Shown here: piece after piece, positions 20,441-30,593 of the stretch
Layout: each line of letters starts with the position of its first letter
Position numbering within the stretch: the stretch's first letter is position 1
NCBI GenBank assembly: GCA_043819555.1
Contig: JBDREQ010000066.1
Location: forward strand, 32,001-96,000
Direction of reading: 5' to 3'
Source: Candidatus Zixiibacteriota bacterium
Lineage (GTDB): Bacteria > Zixibacteria > MSB-5A5 > GN15 > JAAZOE01
Length of the DNA: 64,000 nt
Notes under the pieces: generated by a model
Told to the model about the DNA's origin: nothing
Seen by the model: only the letters and a program-made list of their open reading frames with translations
Databases searched by the model: none
Position numbers and translations under genes: made by a program

Positions 20441-22723
20441 TTAACATTTGGAATAACCGCAACTACGACATACCAGACAACCCGATTCATGCTCAATTCG
20501 CATTCCGCAATCGGGACAAAATTCTGTGCCCAAATCAGTGGTGTTGTGCTTGATTGTCTTGCCGTCTCCGAAGTTTTTATGCAGGACAATCGCGATCGCG
20601 TCCGGAATCGATGATATCAATCCCCCATTTCCAAAAACCGGAGACGCGCCGCCGATACCTTTTAATTGCTTTACGATCCTATCCACTGGAATTCCGGATC
20701 GCAATCCCAGTGATATCATTCGACAAATAGCTTCGGTATCAGCCATTGTGGAATAACCCGATTTGCCTATCTGGGCAAATACTTCGAATGGTTTGCCGTT
20801 GAGAGTATTAACAGTTACATACAGGTTGCCATAACCGGTTTTTATTTTAGTGGTTATGCCCTGCAAATCCTCGGGCCGATTTAAAATCTTGGCAGTCTTT
20901 TTAGACATCGGCTGTTCGGATTCTTTATCTTTTTTGTCCGTGTTGCCGGTCGATAAAACCTGATTTGCCCGGCAACCGTCCCTATAAACGGTAACACCCT
21001 TACATCCGAGCTTAAAGGCTGTCAAATAAGCTTCCCGAACATCTTCAATGGTAGCCTCATGCGGCAAATTAATCGTTTTCGAAACGGCATTATCGGTATA
21101 CTTCTGCCACACGGCCTGCATCCTGACATGATCGGTTGGAGCCACGTCATGCGATGTTATGAAAATATCTTTAATATCACGCGGAATCTCATCAAATTCC
21201 TGAATCGAACCGGTTTCCGCGATTCGCTCCATCAACTCCTCGGAATAAAAACCCCGCTCCCTGGCCATTTTTTCAAAGATTGGATTGACCTCGATGAGCT
21301 TGGTGTTATCCATGACATTGCGTACATAACTAACGGCAAACAAAGGCTCAATTCCCGACGAACAACTGGAAATTATCGAAATCGTACCTGTGGGAGCTAT
21401 CGTTGTGACGGTAGAATTTCGAATCTCATTTCCCTGGCCATTCTGATAATATTCTGAACGTTCCCAGAGCGGAAATCTCCCCCGTTGAGCTGATAATTTC
21501 TTTGACTCTTCATGTCCGATATAATTGATACGAGTCATAATCTTTTCGGCCAAATCAAAAGCATCGGGCGAATCATACTTGATACCCATCATGATTAGCA
21601 TATCTGCCCAACCCATCACACCCAAACCGATTTTGCGATTGCTCTTGGTCATAGCGTCGATTTCCGGTAGCGGATAACGGTTGGCGTCAATTACATTATC
21701 AAGAAAATGGACCGCCTTGCACACCGTCTCATCCAGCTTTTCCCAGTCTACTTCATAACGATACATGGAGTGGGTATTATCGGGATCGACGACAGCCCGC
21801 AGCATCTTAAATAAATTGATCGAGCCCAAATTACAGCTTTCATAGGGCAAAAGCGGTTGTTCCCCGCACGGATTAGTTGATTCATAGAGACCAACCTGGG
21901 ATACCGGATTTTCACTATTCATCTGATCTATAAACATTACCCCCGGCTCACCTGTAGAATGGGCGTGATCGACGATCTGATCAAACACCTCGCGAGCCAT
22001 CAACCGAACAATCTGGCCATCCCGAACAAACGGTTTTTCGGTTCGAGGATCTATTAAATCGTATTCCGAATTGGATTCCACCGCATACATAAAGGCATCC
22101 GTTATCGCTACGGAAATATTGAAATTCGTTAGTTCCGACAAATCATCTTTGCAGTTGATAAATCCCTCGATATCGGGATGATCAACGCGCAATACCCCCA
22201 TATTGGCGCCTCGGCGAGTGCCCCCCTGTTTGACCGCCTCGGTGGCGGCATTTATCACTTTCATAAACGATATCGGCCCCGATGCCACTCCCGAAGTCGA
22301 TGCCACAACCGAATTCGCGGGGCGCAAACGGGAAAAAGCGAATCCTGTTCCGCCGCCGGATTTGTGAATCAGTGCGGTATTTTTCACGGTCGTAAAGATC
22401 GACTCCATGCTGTCATCAATGGGTAACACAAAGCAAGCCGATAACTGCCCAAGAGGACGACCGGCATTCATCAATGTCGGCGAGTTGGGCATAAATTCCA
22501 AATTAGCCATTAGATCATAAAAAGTATCTTCTGTCTTTTTAATCTCTTCCTGAGTCGCTCCGTACATCTGATCCGGTGCAGATATTGTTCGCGCCACCCG
22601 CCGGAAAAGCCCTTCCGGAGTTTCAATGATGTTTCCTTTGCCGTCTTTTGCCAGATAACGACGCTCCAAAACCTTGAGAGCGTTTTCGGTCAGTTGCGGT
22701 TTATTTGTTTTTACTTCTTCCAT
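20441..22723 (-). CDS. nrdJ: Class II (adenosylcobalamin-dependent) ribonucleotide reductase with TSCPD domain and Zn ribbon
   Basis: PNSPTLMNAG, SACFV, TNPCGEQPL, TIAPTGTIS, GVTVYRDG and SIPD; start placed after a GGAGGG RBS. Confidence 0.95.
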   Translation of the reverse strand: MEEVKTNKPQLTENALKVLERRYLAKDGKGNIIETPEGLFRRVARTISAPDQMYGATQEEIKKTEDTFYDLMANLEFMPNSPTLMNAGRPLGQLSACFVLPIDDSMESIFTTVKNTALIHKSGGGTGFAFSRLRPANSVVASTSGVASGPISFMKVINAATEAVKQGGTRRGANMGVLRVDHPDIEGFINCKDDLSELTNFNISVAITDAFMYAVESNSEYDLIDPRTEKPFVRDGQIVRLMAREVFDQIVDHAHSTGEPGVMFIDQMNSENPVSQVGLYESTNPCGEQPLLPYESCNLGSINLFKMLRAVVDPDNTHSMYRYEVDWEKLDETVCKAVHFLDNVIDANRYPLPEIDAMTKSNRKIGLGVMGWADMLIMMGIKYDSPDAFDLAEKIMTRINYIGHEESKKLSAQRGRFPLWERSEYYQNGQGNEIRNSTVTTIAPTGTISIISSCSSGIEPLFAVSYVRNVMDNTKLIEVNPIFEKMARERGFYSEELMERIAETGSIQEFDEIPRDIKDIFITSHDVAPTDHVRMQAVWQKYTDNAVSKTINLPHEATIEDVREAYLTAFKLGCKGVTVYRDGCRANQVLSTGNTDKKDKESEQPMSKKTAKILNRPEDLQGITTKIKTGYGNLYVTVNTLNGKPFEVFAQIGKSGYSTMADTEAICRMISLGLRSGIPVDRIVKQLKGIGGASPVFGNGGLISSIPDAIAIVLHKNFGDGKTIKHNTTDLGTEFCPDCGMRIEHESGCLVCRSCGYSKC

Positions 22724-23154
22724 AGGCCCCTCCGATGCCATTCATCCTTGATGATGACGCACATATTTTCTTTATCAATTTCATAATCCCAAAAACATTG
22801 GGCGCTTCTCGTTTCATTACTCTCGGCATGTCCAAACAAATATATCTTATTTCCCAGTGGACCCATATTGGTCTCCAGGCTTATCATATCAATTTTAATT
22901 ATTCCTTCCACTACATTCATTCTACCATCGTTTTTATAATCGAGTGTCACATTTTAATCACTTTGGCGCGTAATATCCCTTGCCCATCTACGGGTAATTC
23001 TTCATAAAACACTGCCTGACAACACCTTGGCTAGTATAGAGGGGTTATCGTTTCCTGGTTCCTCTTCTCTCAGCGCAAATTCCCACAGGCAGTATAGAAA
23101 ATGGCAGATTTTTTCTCTGTTGTCAAATAAAAAATACGTTAAAAATGAAAAAAC

Positions 23155-23202
23155 ACACAACATATTGTGCATTTATCCAAAATAAAATACTTTATATTGT
23201 GG
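23155..23202. promoter_or_regulatory. Tandem NrdR boxes upstream of nrdJ
   Basis: ACACAACATATTGTGC (23155) and ATACTTTATATTGTGG (23187), 32 bp apart; match acaCwAtATaTwGtgt. Confidence 0.8.
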
Positions 23203-23220
23203 ACAACCCTGTTCTTATTA

Positions 23221-23229
23221 TGTGGATAA
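23221..23229 (-). promoter_or_regulatory. DnaA box
   Basis: TGTGGATAA reads TTATCCACA on the minus strand; near-matches at 23198 and 23173. Confidence 0.55.
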
Positions 23230-23267
23230 CCTGTCGATTTCCTTATAATTATCTGACATATAACAGG

Positions 23268-23510
23268 TTAGTTTTTGAGCTGGCGAACCTGGCGGAGTTT
23301 ACGAAAAAGGTCAATATATTCTTTCATCATGATTTCTTCAGCCTCGCTGATTCCCTCCATCATCGGTATTCCGATTTTCAAAACAGCCCTTACCATGTCG
23401 GCCGCCGTTCGATCGTATTTTTCCGCCAAATTTGATAATCGTGACTTCAATTCATAAGACACGAAAACATTCAGGCAATGTTCACCTCTCAATTTCTTAA
23501 TCTCCTTCAC
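23268..23510 (-). CDS. Small ribbon-helix-helix (CopG-like) DNA-binding protein
   Basis: LNVFVSYELKSRLSNLAEKYDRTAADMVRAVL fits the RHH pattern. Confidence 0.6.
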   Translation of the reverse strand: MKEIKKLRGEHCLNVFVSYELKSRLSNLAEKYDRTAADMVRAVLKIGIPMMEGISEAEEIMMKEYIDLFRKLRQVRQLKN

Positions 23511-24026
23511 TTATGCCTCCTTGATGATATGATATTTTAGATGACCGATTAATCGCTGTGGAGTCTTTATTATGATCCCATAATCATTTTTAAGAGTTTT
23601 AATTATATGTTTCCATGTTTCACTTTTATTCCTGGCCATTATCAATTGATTTATATCCTCCAGTTGCGGATGCCGGCACAGACAGCATTCAATTTGACTT
23701 GGTGCGGGAAGACTAATTTTGTCTTTTAAGGAGTGATAAAGATGCCTCTTTATTTTTTTTAGGGCTCGGTTATGCAGCGCCTCCAGTTTATAGACTGCCC
23801 GCCCTGATTTCTCGCCAATTTGCCGATAACCCAAACCCTCCATATAAAACGCGCGAATAAATGACGCTTCATCATTATTAAGAATCTCGAGCGCCCGATT
23901 GACGGCCGTGATAATTTCATAATTATAGTGATCGCTGTTTTTCTCGGCCCGGCCATCGCACGGTATCGACGGATCTCGTCCAAGGGTGACAATCCAATCC
24001 TGATAGATTATTCTTTCTTTTCTCAT
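23511..24026 (-). CDS. Sigma-70 region-4 HTH protein with C-terminal CxxC/His domain
   Basis: AL..LN.DEASFIRAFYMEGLGYRQIG..RALKKIK, then CCLCRHP...HLKYH. Confidence 0.6.
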   Translation of the reverse strand: MRKERIIYQDWIVTLGRDPSIPCDGRAEKNSDHYNYEIITAVNRALEILNNDEASFIRAFYMEGLGYRQIGEKSGRAVYKLEALHNRALKKIKRHLYHSLKDKISLPAPSQIECCLCRHPQLEDINQLIMARNKSETWKHIIKTLKNDYGIIIKTPQRLIGHLKYHIIKEA

Positions 24027-24241
24027 TATGTTTCCTTGCCGGTTCAATGTGCGTGAGAAAAATAGTGGTATTAACTGAAGCTGTCTATACCATGCGCGTC
24101 ACTTACAATCGCTTCCGAAAACTTGAAATACTTCATTATCAATGTGATTCACTTTTCCGAATAAGTTGATTTGACAAGACCGGAAAATTGGTTACTTTAC
24201 CACCCAATATGACAAAGATATTTATGGATTGAGAAGATTGA

Positions 24242-24994
24242 ATGGAAGATATAAATCAACACATCACTGACTGCCCGGAAGGCCACACCAGAGGAAACTC
24301 GAAAGAATCGACTTTTCCATATCGAACCAGCATCGGAACTTATATTGTCCTGGTATTTCTCATATTAGTTTTTCCGGGACTTAATATTATCATTGCTCTT
24401 CTGTTCGACAATGAAATAAATCTCGACTTATTCGATCCGGTCTGGTTTTTCTTTGTTCCGACAATGGCTATGTTATGGATGATTGCCCTGGCGGTTTTGT
24501 TGGCCATTTGGCGGGAAAAAGCTCCCCTGTCCTCGATTGGTCTGGGCAAATTCAAATTATCATATCTGGGATATGCCTTACTATTTATTATTGCTTCGAA
24601 CATCACCCTGGCAGTCGTTCAGATATTCCTTGAAACCCTTGGAATCGGATTCAGCGCCAATATCGAGGAAATCCTAAAAAAAGCACAGGAACATATCTGG
24701 TGGTGGCTGGCCATTTCAATTTCGGCCGCAATCTGTGAGGAAGTTTCATTTCGAGGATATGTCATGACCCGCATCAAGGGCCTGACCGGATGGGGCTGGA
24801 CAGTTCCCATCCTGGTCTCATCAATGGCTTTTGCGACCGGACATTTATATCAAGGGCTTGGCGGATTTTTGGTGATATTAATATACGGAACTATGTTCGC
24901 GGTTTTGTACGCGCTGACTCGTTCTATCTGGCCTGGAATTTTAGCTCATTTTATTCAGGATTTTTCGGCGATATTCTTTTATAAATACTTTTAA
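24242..24994 (+). CDS. CPBP (Abi/CAAX-II) intramembrane metalloprotease
   Basis: EEVSFRG, FATGHLYQG and HFIQD motifs. Confidence 0.9.
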   Translation: MEDINQHITDCPEGHTRGNSKESTFPYRTSIGTYIVLVFLILVFPGLNIIIALLFDNEINLDLFDPVWFFFVPTMAMLWMIALAVLLAIWREKAPLSSIGLGKFKLSYLGYALLFIIASNITLAVVQIFLETLGIGFSANIEEILKKAQEHIWWWLAISISAAICEEVSFRGYVMTRIKGLTGWGWTVPILVSSMAFATGHLYQGLGGFLVILIYGTMFAVLYALTRSIWPGILAHFIQDFSAIFFYKYF

Positions 24995-26112
24995 TTCCCC
25001 TGTTTACCGGATGCGGCCGCACCGGGACCGGCATTGAATTCATCCAATGAGAATAGAATATCCGTATCCGGCTTTTCTAACCTTGCTTTATTTCTTCCCG
25101 CGTAATTATTAGAAACGGTGGCATCCATGGAGGCGACCGTTACATTTCCCGCCTTATCTGTCGCTCGAACGTAAATAGTATATTGGCCGTCAGGGAATTT
25201 ATCCGTTTCCCATGAAAAACCGGCATCGGATTCTTCGATTTCATTATCCCCGTCAGTATTGGTAATCACATGGAAAAATTGACGATCATCATAATTCCCG
25301 CGGGTGGGACAAAGCTGGTCTCTTTTATAAATCACTTCGACATTTTTGTCAAATTCAATCTTTCCCGTAAAATTTACAACATTCATCCAGGGTAAAGAGG
25401 CTTTACCCTCAATCTTATAATCGATTTGATATGGCGCTACTTTCCAATTATCATCATTTATATAATCATAAACCCGCGCGATAATATCAACATTACCGGA
25501 CAACGCCTCGCCTTCATTGAAATAATACTCAGACTCATTTACACTGAATGCCAGAAGCTGTTCTCCTATGGCATTTTCAAATACCGGCGCAATCGAATCA
25601 TGAAGAGGATCTAACTCATCAAGCGGATTCCCGATAAATTGCCAGTTCGAATCCCATACCTCTCCCGAATGCCTGACTTTCGCGAAATGCAAATGATGAA
25701 ACCCGGCAACCGGCCATTCTACCAATTTTCCAATTATTGTCCCGGCTTCAACCCTTTGACCCTCTTCGACAGTTATTGACGATTCATCTAAGTGAGCATA
25801 CAGCCATCCGTCGCATTCTTCCTCCCCCCCGAAATCTCCGATGACAACCCGCCAGTGAAGTTCAGCCGAAGTTGTTAAAATTGCTTTTACATAACCTGAT
25901 TTGACAGCGCAAACCGGGGTTCCTGCAGGGGCGAGAATATCAATACCGGGATGGAAATAAGGCAATCCGCCATAAAACTGAAACTCACCATGCGAGTTTC
26001 CGATATGATGCTTCATGTTGGCGTCTTTAATGGGCCAGTCAAGAGCGTTTGAATAGAAAGGCGCAAAAACGACCAGGCAGACTGCGAGAATTATGTATAT
26101 TGGAATACGCAT
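24991..26112 (-). CDS. Secreted M23-family metallopeptidase with Ig-like C-terminal domain
   Basis: HPGID (HxxxD), YAHL and HLHF; DGQYTIYVRATDKAGN Ig-like strand. Confidence 0.8.
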   Translation of the reverse strand: MRIPIYIILAVCLVVFAPFYSNALDWPIKDANMKHHIGNSHGEFQFYGGLPYFHPGIDILAPAGTPVCAVKSGYVKAILTTSAELHWRVVIGDFGGEEECDGWLYAHLDESSITVEEGQRVEAGTIIGKLVEWPVAGFHHLHFAKVRHSGEVWDSNWQFIGNPLDELDPLHDSIAPVFENAIGEQLLAFSVNESEYYFNEGEALSGNVDIIARVYDYINDDNWKVAPYQIDYKIEGKASLPWMNVVNFTGKIEFDKNVEVIYKRDQLCPTRGNYDDRQFFHVITNTDGDNEIEESDAGFSWETDKFPDGQYTIYVRATDKAGNVTVASMDATVSNNYAGRNKARLEKPDTDILFSLDEFNAGPGAAASGKQGN

Positions 26113-26125
26113 ATAATTCTCAATC

Positions 26126-28888
26126 CTATTTCAGGAGCATCATTTTTCGGGTTTGCTGAAATTCTTCGCTCTTAAGGCGATAGAGATAAATACCCGAGGC
26201 TGATTGCCGATCCGCGTCTGTCAAACCATCCCAGATTATCTTATGAGTTCCGGCCGGAAAATGTGAGTCGCTCAGGAGCCGAACCTGCTGACCAAGAAGG
26301 TTGAATATCTCAAGCTGAACGTGTCCTGCCTGGGGAAGCGAAAACTCAATAGTCGTAGAAGGATTGAAAGGATTGGGGTGATTTTGTTCCAGGCTATATT
26401 CAGTCGGAATAATAACATCGTCTTCGGTTGAAGTTGGAGCATATAAATCCTGCGCGGCATAAATATTCATTCCATTATCACGGGCATCAGCCCATACGGC
26501 AACGCCTCGTCCTCGATTGTTGGCGGCTACCGGATTCTGCATGAATGGCGCTGCAGCCACAGAAGCCGGGACATTGCCCTGCAGAGGCGACAGGCTCGCA
26601 TTGAATACTTGTTTGAACGGAGATTTTGAACCGGTTCGGCTATCCAGCCAGGTAATAAACAGGTATCCGTCTGAATCAATTGACACTGAAGGCGGGCCGG
26701 GCATGGCCGCCGGATTGTCGATTATCGACATTGTCGCAGTAGTAATATTGCCGGCAACATCAAAAACTGTCATAAATAATTCCGTACCCAGAGCGCTATA
26801 ACCATGCCAGACTACTATAATATCGCCGTTGTCATTTATAACCAGATCAAATCCATCAATTTGATATCCGTTTTGATCGGACTGGAACGCAAATAAATCC
26901 GAAACAACGCCCGCATTTGTAACTTCTTTGAGTTCTATGGCCGATCCGCCGCTGAATAAGCGATTCAAATAAACGACAATGAAATTTCCATTTTCATCCA
27001 CGCTAATCTTAGAAAGCTCCCCAATTTTGGCCGGGCTATCGGGACCTATCAGGAAATTCGCGCCGGAAGGCAATAAATCGGATCCAAATAGCTGGCCAAA
27101 TATCTTATTACTGCCCATACGGGTATCGGTCCATGTGACCAGAGTGGTTTCCAGTAAATTAATGGCGCAATCAGAACCAAAATGAGATGCGGGGCCGCTA
27201 AAATCATCGTTGATGACAATCTCATCGGTCAGATTATAATGAGGACGGGCGAAACACCCGATAATATTTTGACCGTTTATTCCATTACTGCGAACATCCG
27301 TCCAGGTGATACAGAGTTTGTCATTATCGGAAGCTATGGCCGGCTGTGATTGATACCCTCCGACTGCGTCGAAATTTATCCTGCGATTGATTCCGCTCAA
27401 TGAACCTCCGACATAGACCCGCTGCAGCATTATATCACCGGCGTCGCGACGCATATCGGTAAAAACTATTTCCCACTCATACGAACCAAAGTTGGCCGTG
27501 GCCGGTTCAATTGAAGGAGCCCCGGTAATGTCAGCATTGACAACAAAATCCGATCCCAGGCTTACTCCTAATGAGTTTATGACATCGCCAAATATATCTA
27601 TACTGCCTGATGCCAAATCAGTCCAGATGAGTGTCGCATTCCCTGTCTCATCGCCGGCTACCGAGGGCATAAAGCGAAGCTTTTCTGTGGCATCAGAAAC
27701 TTCAATATTGGTTCCTGATTTCTCCAGACTTGCCGAGAATCGCTGCAAAATAATTGTATTTCGTTGAGAATAAACAGTCCAGGCCGCCATGATTGAGTTT
27801 GATTCACCGGAGGATATATTAATTTCCCAGTTGGAATCCGAGGATGTTTCATCACTGATTAATACATTCGTTCCCAGCAATGCACCGGTCGAAGAAAGAG
27901 TCTGAGCATATATATTCTGCTCATCGCGCACGTCAACCCAGGCAGCAACATATCCTTCCGGGCCGTTAAAAACTAATGATGGCAGAAACCGGGATGAATC
28001 CCGGGCGTCGGCGTCGGACAACTCATATTCAGCGGCATACGGAATGCCAAGGGAATTGAAACGGCGAAAATAAACATCAGCCTTACCTCCCCGATAATCT
28101 TCCCAGACAATTGCAAAATCGTTATTATCACCACCGGCTATGGCGGGCGACCAATGCTGATTAAAAGGTCCATCGCTATTTGCCTCCATTAACGATGTAG
28201 TCGGGAGGCCTCCGGTACTGAAAACCCTATAGGCAATATCATTCCCTAATGAGTAATTTTCCCAGGCAACGACCAAATTGCCGTCCGACAGACAGGCCGC
28301 GTCAAATTCCCCGGCATAGCTTACAAACAGGGTATCAGATACAAAAAACAGATCAGTTAAAACGGCGCCGGTGGAATCAAATCGCGCCGCTTGAAGAAAG
28401 CCATTGGCTTCTTCCCTCCAAACAATATAAAAATTACTATCCATATCAGGGCAAATATGAGGATCGGCAACATCATACCCGTTTCCGAAAACCAATAGCT
28501 CGTTAGTTCCAATCGCGTTGCCGCTTCCATCAAACAACTGAAGATAAATTGAAATCGGGCCGGAACGGTTATCCTCCCAAACCGCGGCCAAACGGCCACC
28601 GGTCAGCGTAGCCAAATCGGCGTTTTCCTGGGTAAAATTGGCCGGGCCGGAGGTTTCAGATATCAGCAAATCATCAAAATTCAGGGCCAGGGAAGAAATA
28701 TTTTTTCCTTCCGGATAAATTTGAGGCGCTTCAGTCTTTCCAAATAATTTCTGCCTCAAATATGCTTTATGCTGGTGATTTCTGAAATCCTGGGCATTCT
28801 CATTCGATATTATTTCCCCTGCCGCGATAACGCCGCAAAGCAAGTAAGAAATAAAAATAACAAACAGGCAAGAAAAAATAGTTTTCAT
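26126..28888 (-). CDS. Large secreted repeat protein with FlgD-Ig/T9SS-type-A-like C-terminal domain
   Basis: Signal peptide; repeated VW.D.R.G..DI motifs; LEQNHPNPFNPST...SGIYLYRL...KMMLLK. Confidence 0.8.
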   Translation of the reverse strand: MKTIFSCLFVIFISYLLCGVIAAGEIISNENAQDFRNHQHKAYLRQKLFGKTEAPQIYPEGKNISSLALNFDDLLISETSGPANFTQENADLATLTGGRLAAVWEDNRSGPISIYLQLFDGSGNAIGTNELLVFGNGYDVADPHICPDMDSNFYIVWREEANGFLQAARFDSTGAVLTDLFFVSDTLFVSYAGEFDAACLSDGNLVVAWENYSLGNDIAYRVFSTGGLPTTSLMEANSDGPFNQHWSPAIAGGDNNDFAIVWEDYRGGKADVYFRRFNSLGIPYAAEYELSDADARDSSRFLPSLVFNGPEGYVAAWVDVRDEQNIYAQTLSSTGALLGTNVLISDETSSDSNWEINISSGESNSIMAAWTVYSQRNTIILQRFSASLEKSGTNIEVSDATEKLRFMPSVAGDETGNATLIWTDLASGSIDIFGDVINSLGVSLGSDFVVNADITGAPSIEPATANFGSYEWEIVFTDMRRDAGDIMLQRVYVGGSLSGINRRINFDAVGGYQSQPAIASDNDKLCITWTDVRSNGINGQNIIGCFARPHYNLTDEIVINDDFSGPASHFGSDCAINLLETTLVTWTDTRMGSNKIFGQLFGSDLLPSGANFLIGPDSPAKIGELSKISVDENGNFIVVYLNRLFSGGSAIELKEVTNAGVVSDLFAFQSDQNGYQIDGFDLVINDNGDIIVVWHGYSALGTELFMTVFDVAGNITTATMSIIDNPAAMPGPPSVSIDSDGYLFITWLDSRTGSKSPFKQVFNASLSPLQGNVPASVAAAPFMQNPVAANNRGRGVAVWADARDNGMNIYAAQDLYAPTSTEDDVIIPTEYSLEQNHPNPFNPSTTIEFSLPQAGHVQLEIFNLLGQQVRLLSDSHFPAGTHKIIWDGLTDADRQSASGIYLYRLKSEEFQQTRKMMLLK

Positions 28889-28922
28889 ATTTCGTCCCCG
28901 GCTATAAATTCATAAGCTTTCG

Positions 28923-28939
28923 TGCAACTGTTATGCCGA
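28923..28939 (-). promoter_or_regulatory. Sigma54 (-24/-12) promoter
   Basis: Minus strand reads TCGGCATAACAGTTGCA (GG-N10-GC), about 35 bp upstream of the 28888 start. Confidence 0.6.
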
Positions 28940-29216
28940 TTATCTCAAACCGGTAATCCATTAGCCTTCGTTCTTCCTCGAAATCTCCTTACCTGTTGCC
29001 TCACAAGTGTTAACGCCAAAAAAAATCAACGTGTGTTATATGCCATTATATCGATAATGAGTCCGATATCACTGCCGATGGTAAAATCATTGCATATTAT
29101 GCAAAACCCTCGTGAGTAGAAATTTTTTATTTCAGCGGCGGGTACTTTATATCACGATCTAACCGACCGTCATAATTCAAATATAGGCAAAATTCTTTGT
29201 TTGTCAAGTACTTGCG

Positions 29217-29278
29217 TGAAACTGTTAATACCGATTTTCGTATTAATAGAAAACAACGTTCTGTCTTGATTTTACGTC
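29217..29278 (+). promoter_or_regulatory. Tandem ECF-type (probably autoregulatory) promoters
   Basis: TGAAAC-N16-CGTA (29217-29242) and CAAC-N17-CGTC (29254-29278) just upstream of the ECF sigma gene. Confidence 0.6.
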
Positions 29279-29306
29279 ATAATACTGAAATGATATGGAT
29301 TGAACT

Positions 29307-29882
29307 ATGAAAAACCTCTCAATTAACGCCGGATTGGCAATTCAGGAATCATCTACACCAAATGCTTATGCCGATGATTACCAAATTGCCCAGGAAATCG
29401 CCGCAGGAAACAGAGAGCTATTCAAGGATATTTATGATCGCAATGCCTCCGTTCTATATAATTTGGCTAGACGATTGACTAAGACAACGGTGGAAGCAGA
29501 AGACATCGTCCAGGATACATTTATCCGCGCATATCAAAAAATTAATTTATTTGCCGGACGGTCTTCCTTGTCAAGCTGGCTGTACCGAATATGCGTTAAT
29601 GTCGGATTGGAATACCTTCGGAAGCAGAAGGGTAAATTCGAGGATTTAAACGATAGCAACTGCGGCAATGTCGAGCCAGATCAAAAAAAATTGATTCTGA
29701 GGCAAAAATTGAATAAAGCAATCAAGCGCCTGCCTAATGGCTGTCGTATGGTTTTCGTTCTTCATGATATTGAAGGCTTCAATCATCGAGAAATCGCCGA
29801 AAGAATGAATTTTGCCGAAGGCACCTCAAAATCTCAGCTTTTTAAAGCCCGGGCAATGCTAAAGAAAATTCTTGTTGGTTAG
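29307..29882 (+). CDS. ECF RNA polymerase sigma factor
   Basis: AEDIVQDTF, SWLYRI, HREIAE and GTSKSQLFKAR. Confidence 0.93.
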   Translation: MKNLSINAGLAIQESSTPNAYADDYQIAQEIAAGNRELFKDIYDRNASVLYNLARRLTKTTVEAEDIVQDTFIRAYQKINLFAGRSSLSSWLYRICVNVGLEYLRKQKGKFEDLNDSNCGNVEPDQKKLILRQKLNKAIKRLPNGCRMVFVLHDIEGFNHREIAERMNFAEGTSKSQLFKARAMLKKILVG

Positions 29883-29885
29883 GAT

Positions 29886-30581
29886 TTGATTATGACACTT
29901 TTTAATTATAAATGTAAGCGTATAAAAAGGTTGCTTTCATACGGGATTGACGAACCTTTGACTCCAGGGGACGAAAAAAAGGTCCAGCGGCATCTGGAAA
30001 TCTGCGGAGACTGCCGAAAAGAAGCCGAGTTTTACCTCGAATTATCCAGCGTCTCTAAAGAATTGGGAAACTTACCGCCGCCGGATTATTTATGGGAAAG
30101 GATATCACTGGCCGTTGATGAACATCCCTGGGAAGACGACGTTAATTCCTATCGGATTTTTCAATTTTCCTTTTTGCGCTCATATAAAAATTCCATACCT
30201 TTAGCGGGTGTTGCGGCGACGGTATTATTGGCATTAATTTTAACTTTAATCCCGGATTTATCGACCGATATGGATGGCGCTAACAATCGGGTTCTGGCGG
30301 GAGAAATAAATCCTGACGTAGCCTACGTATCCTTATTTATGATGAGCCGGGGCGATAAGTACCCGTCCGAAGTTCAGGATTATTTCATCAATCGGTTAAA
30401 TGGACTTAATGAAAAAATTGCCATCATCAAAACCGCTATGAAGCGTCATCCGCATAATCAAGAAATCAAACTTCGGCTGACTGAGGTTTATAAGCAGAAA
30501 ATTGGCATTTATAAACGCCTCGAAATACCGTCGCGCTGCCAGATTATGGGTAATTTGAGCCCAAAGCCTATAACAAATTAA
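29886..30581 (+). CDS. Zinc-binding (ZAS) transmembrane anti-sigma factor
   Basis: HLEICGDC (HxxxCxxC) and one TM helix; directly follows the ECF sigma. Confidence 0.85.
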   Translation: MIMTLFNYKCKRIKRLLSYGIDEPLTPGDEKKVQRHLEICGDCRKEAEFYLELSSVSKELGNLPPPDYLWERISLAVDEHPWEDDVNSYRIFQFSFLRSYKNSIPLAGVAATVLLALILTLIPDLSTDMDGANNRVLAGEINPDVAYVSLFMMSRGDKYPSEVQDYFINRLNGLNEKIAIIKTAMKRHPHNQEIKLRLTEVYKQKIGIYKRLEIPSRCQIMGNLSPKPITN

Positions 30582-30593
30582 CGAGATTCTATT

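Noticed and set aside
22711..23007. ORFs in the nrdJ leader (79 aa minus, 90 aa plus) and a possible B12 riboswitch
   Set aside because: No clear RBS or motif and no B12-box sequence; a small gene cannot be fully excluded.
23170..23260. Replication origin
   Set aside because: Only one perfect and two weaker DnaA boxes, no dnaA/dnaN context; better explained as nrdJ regulation.
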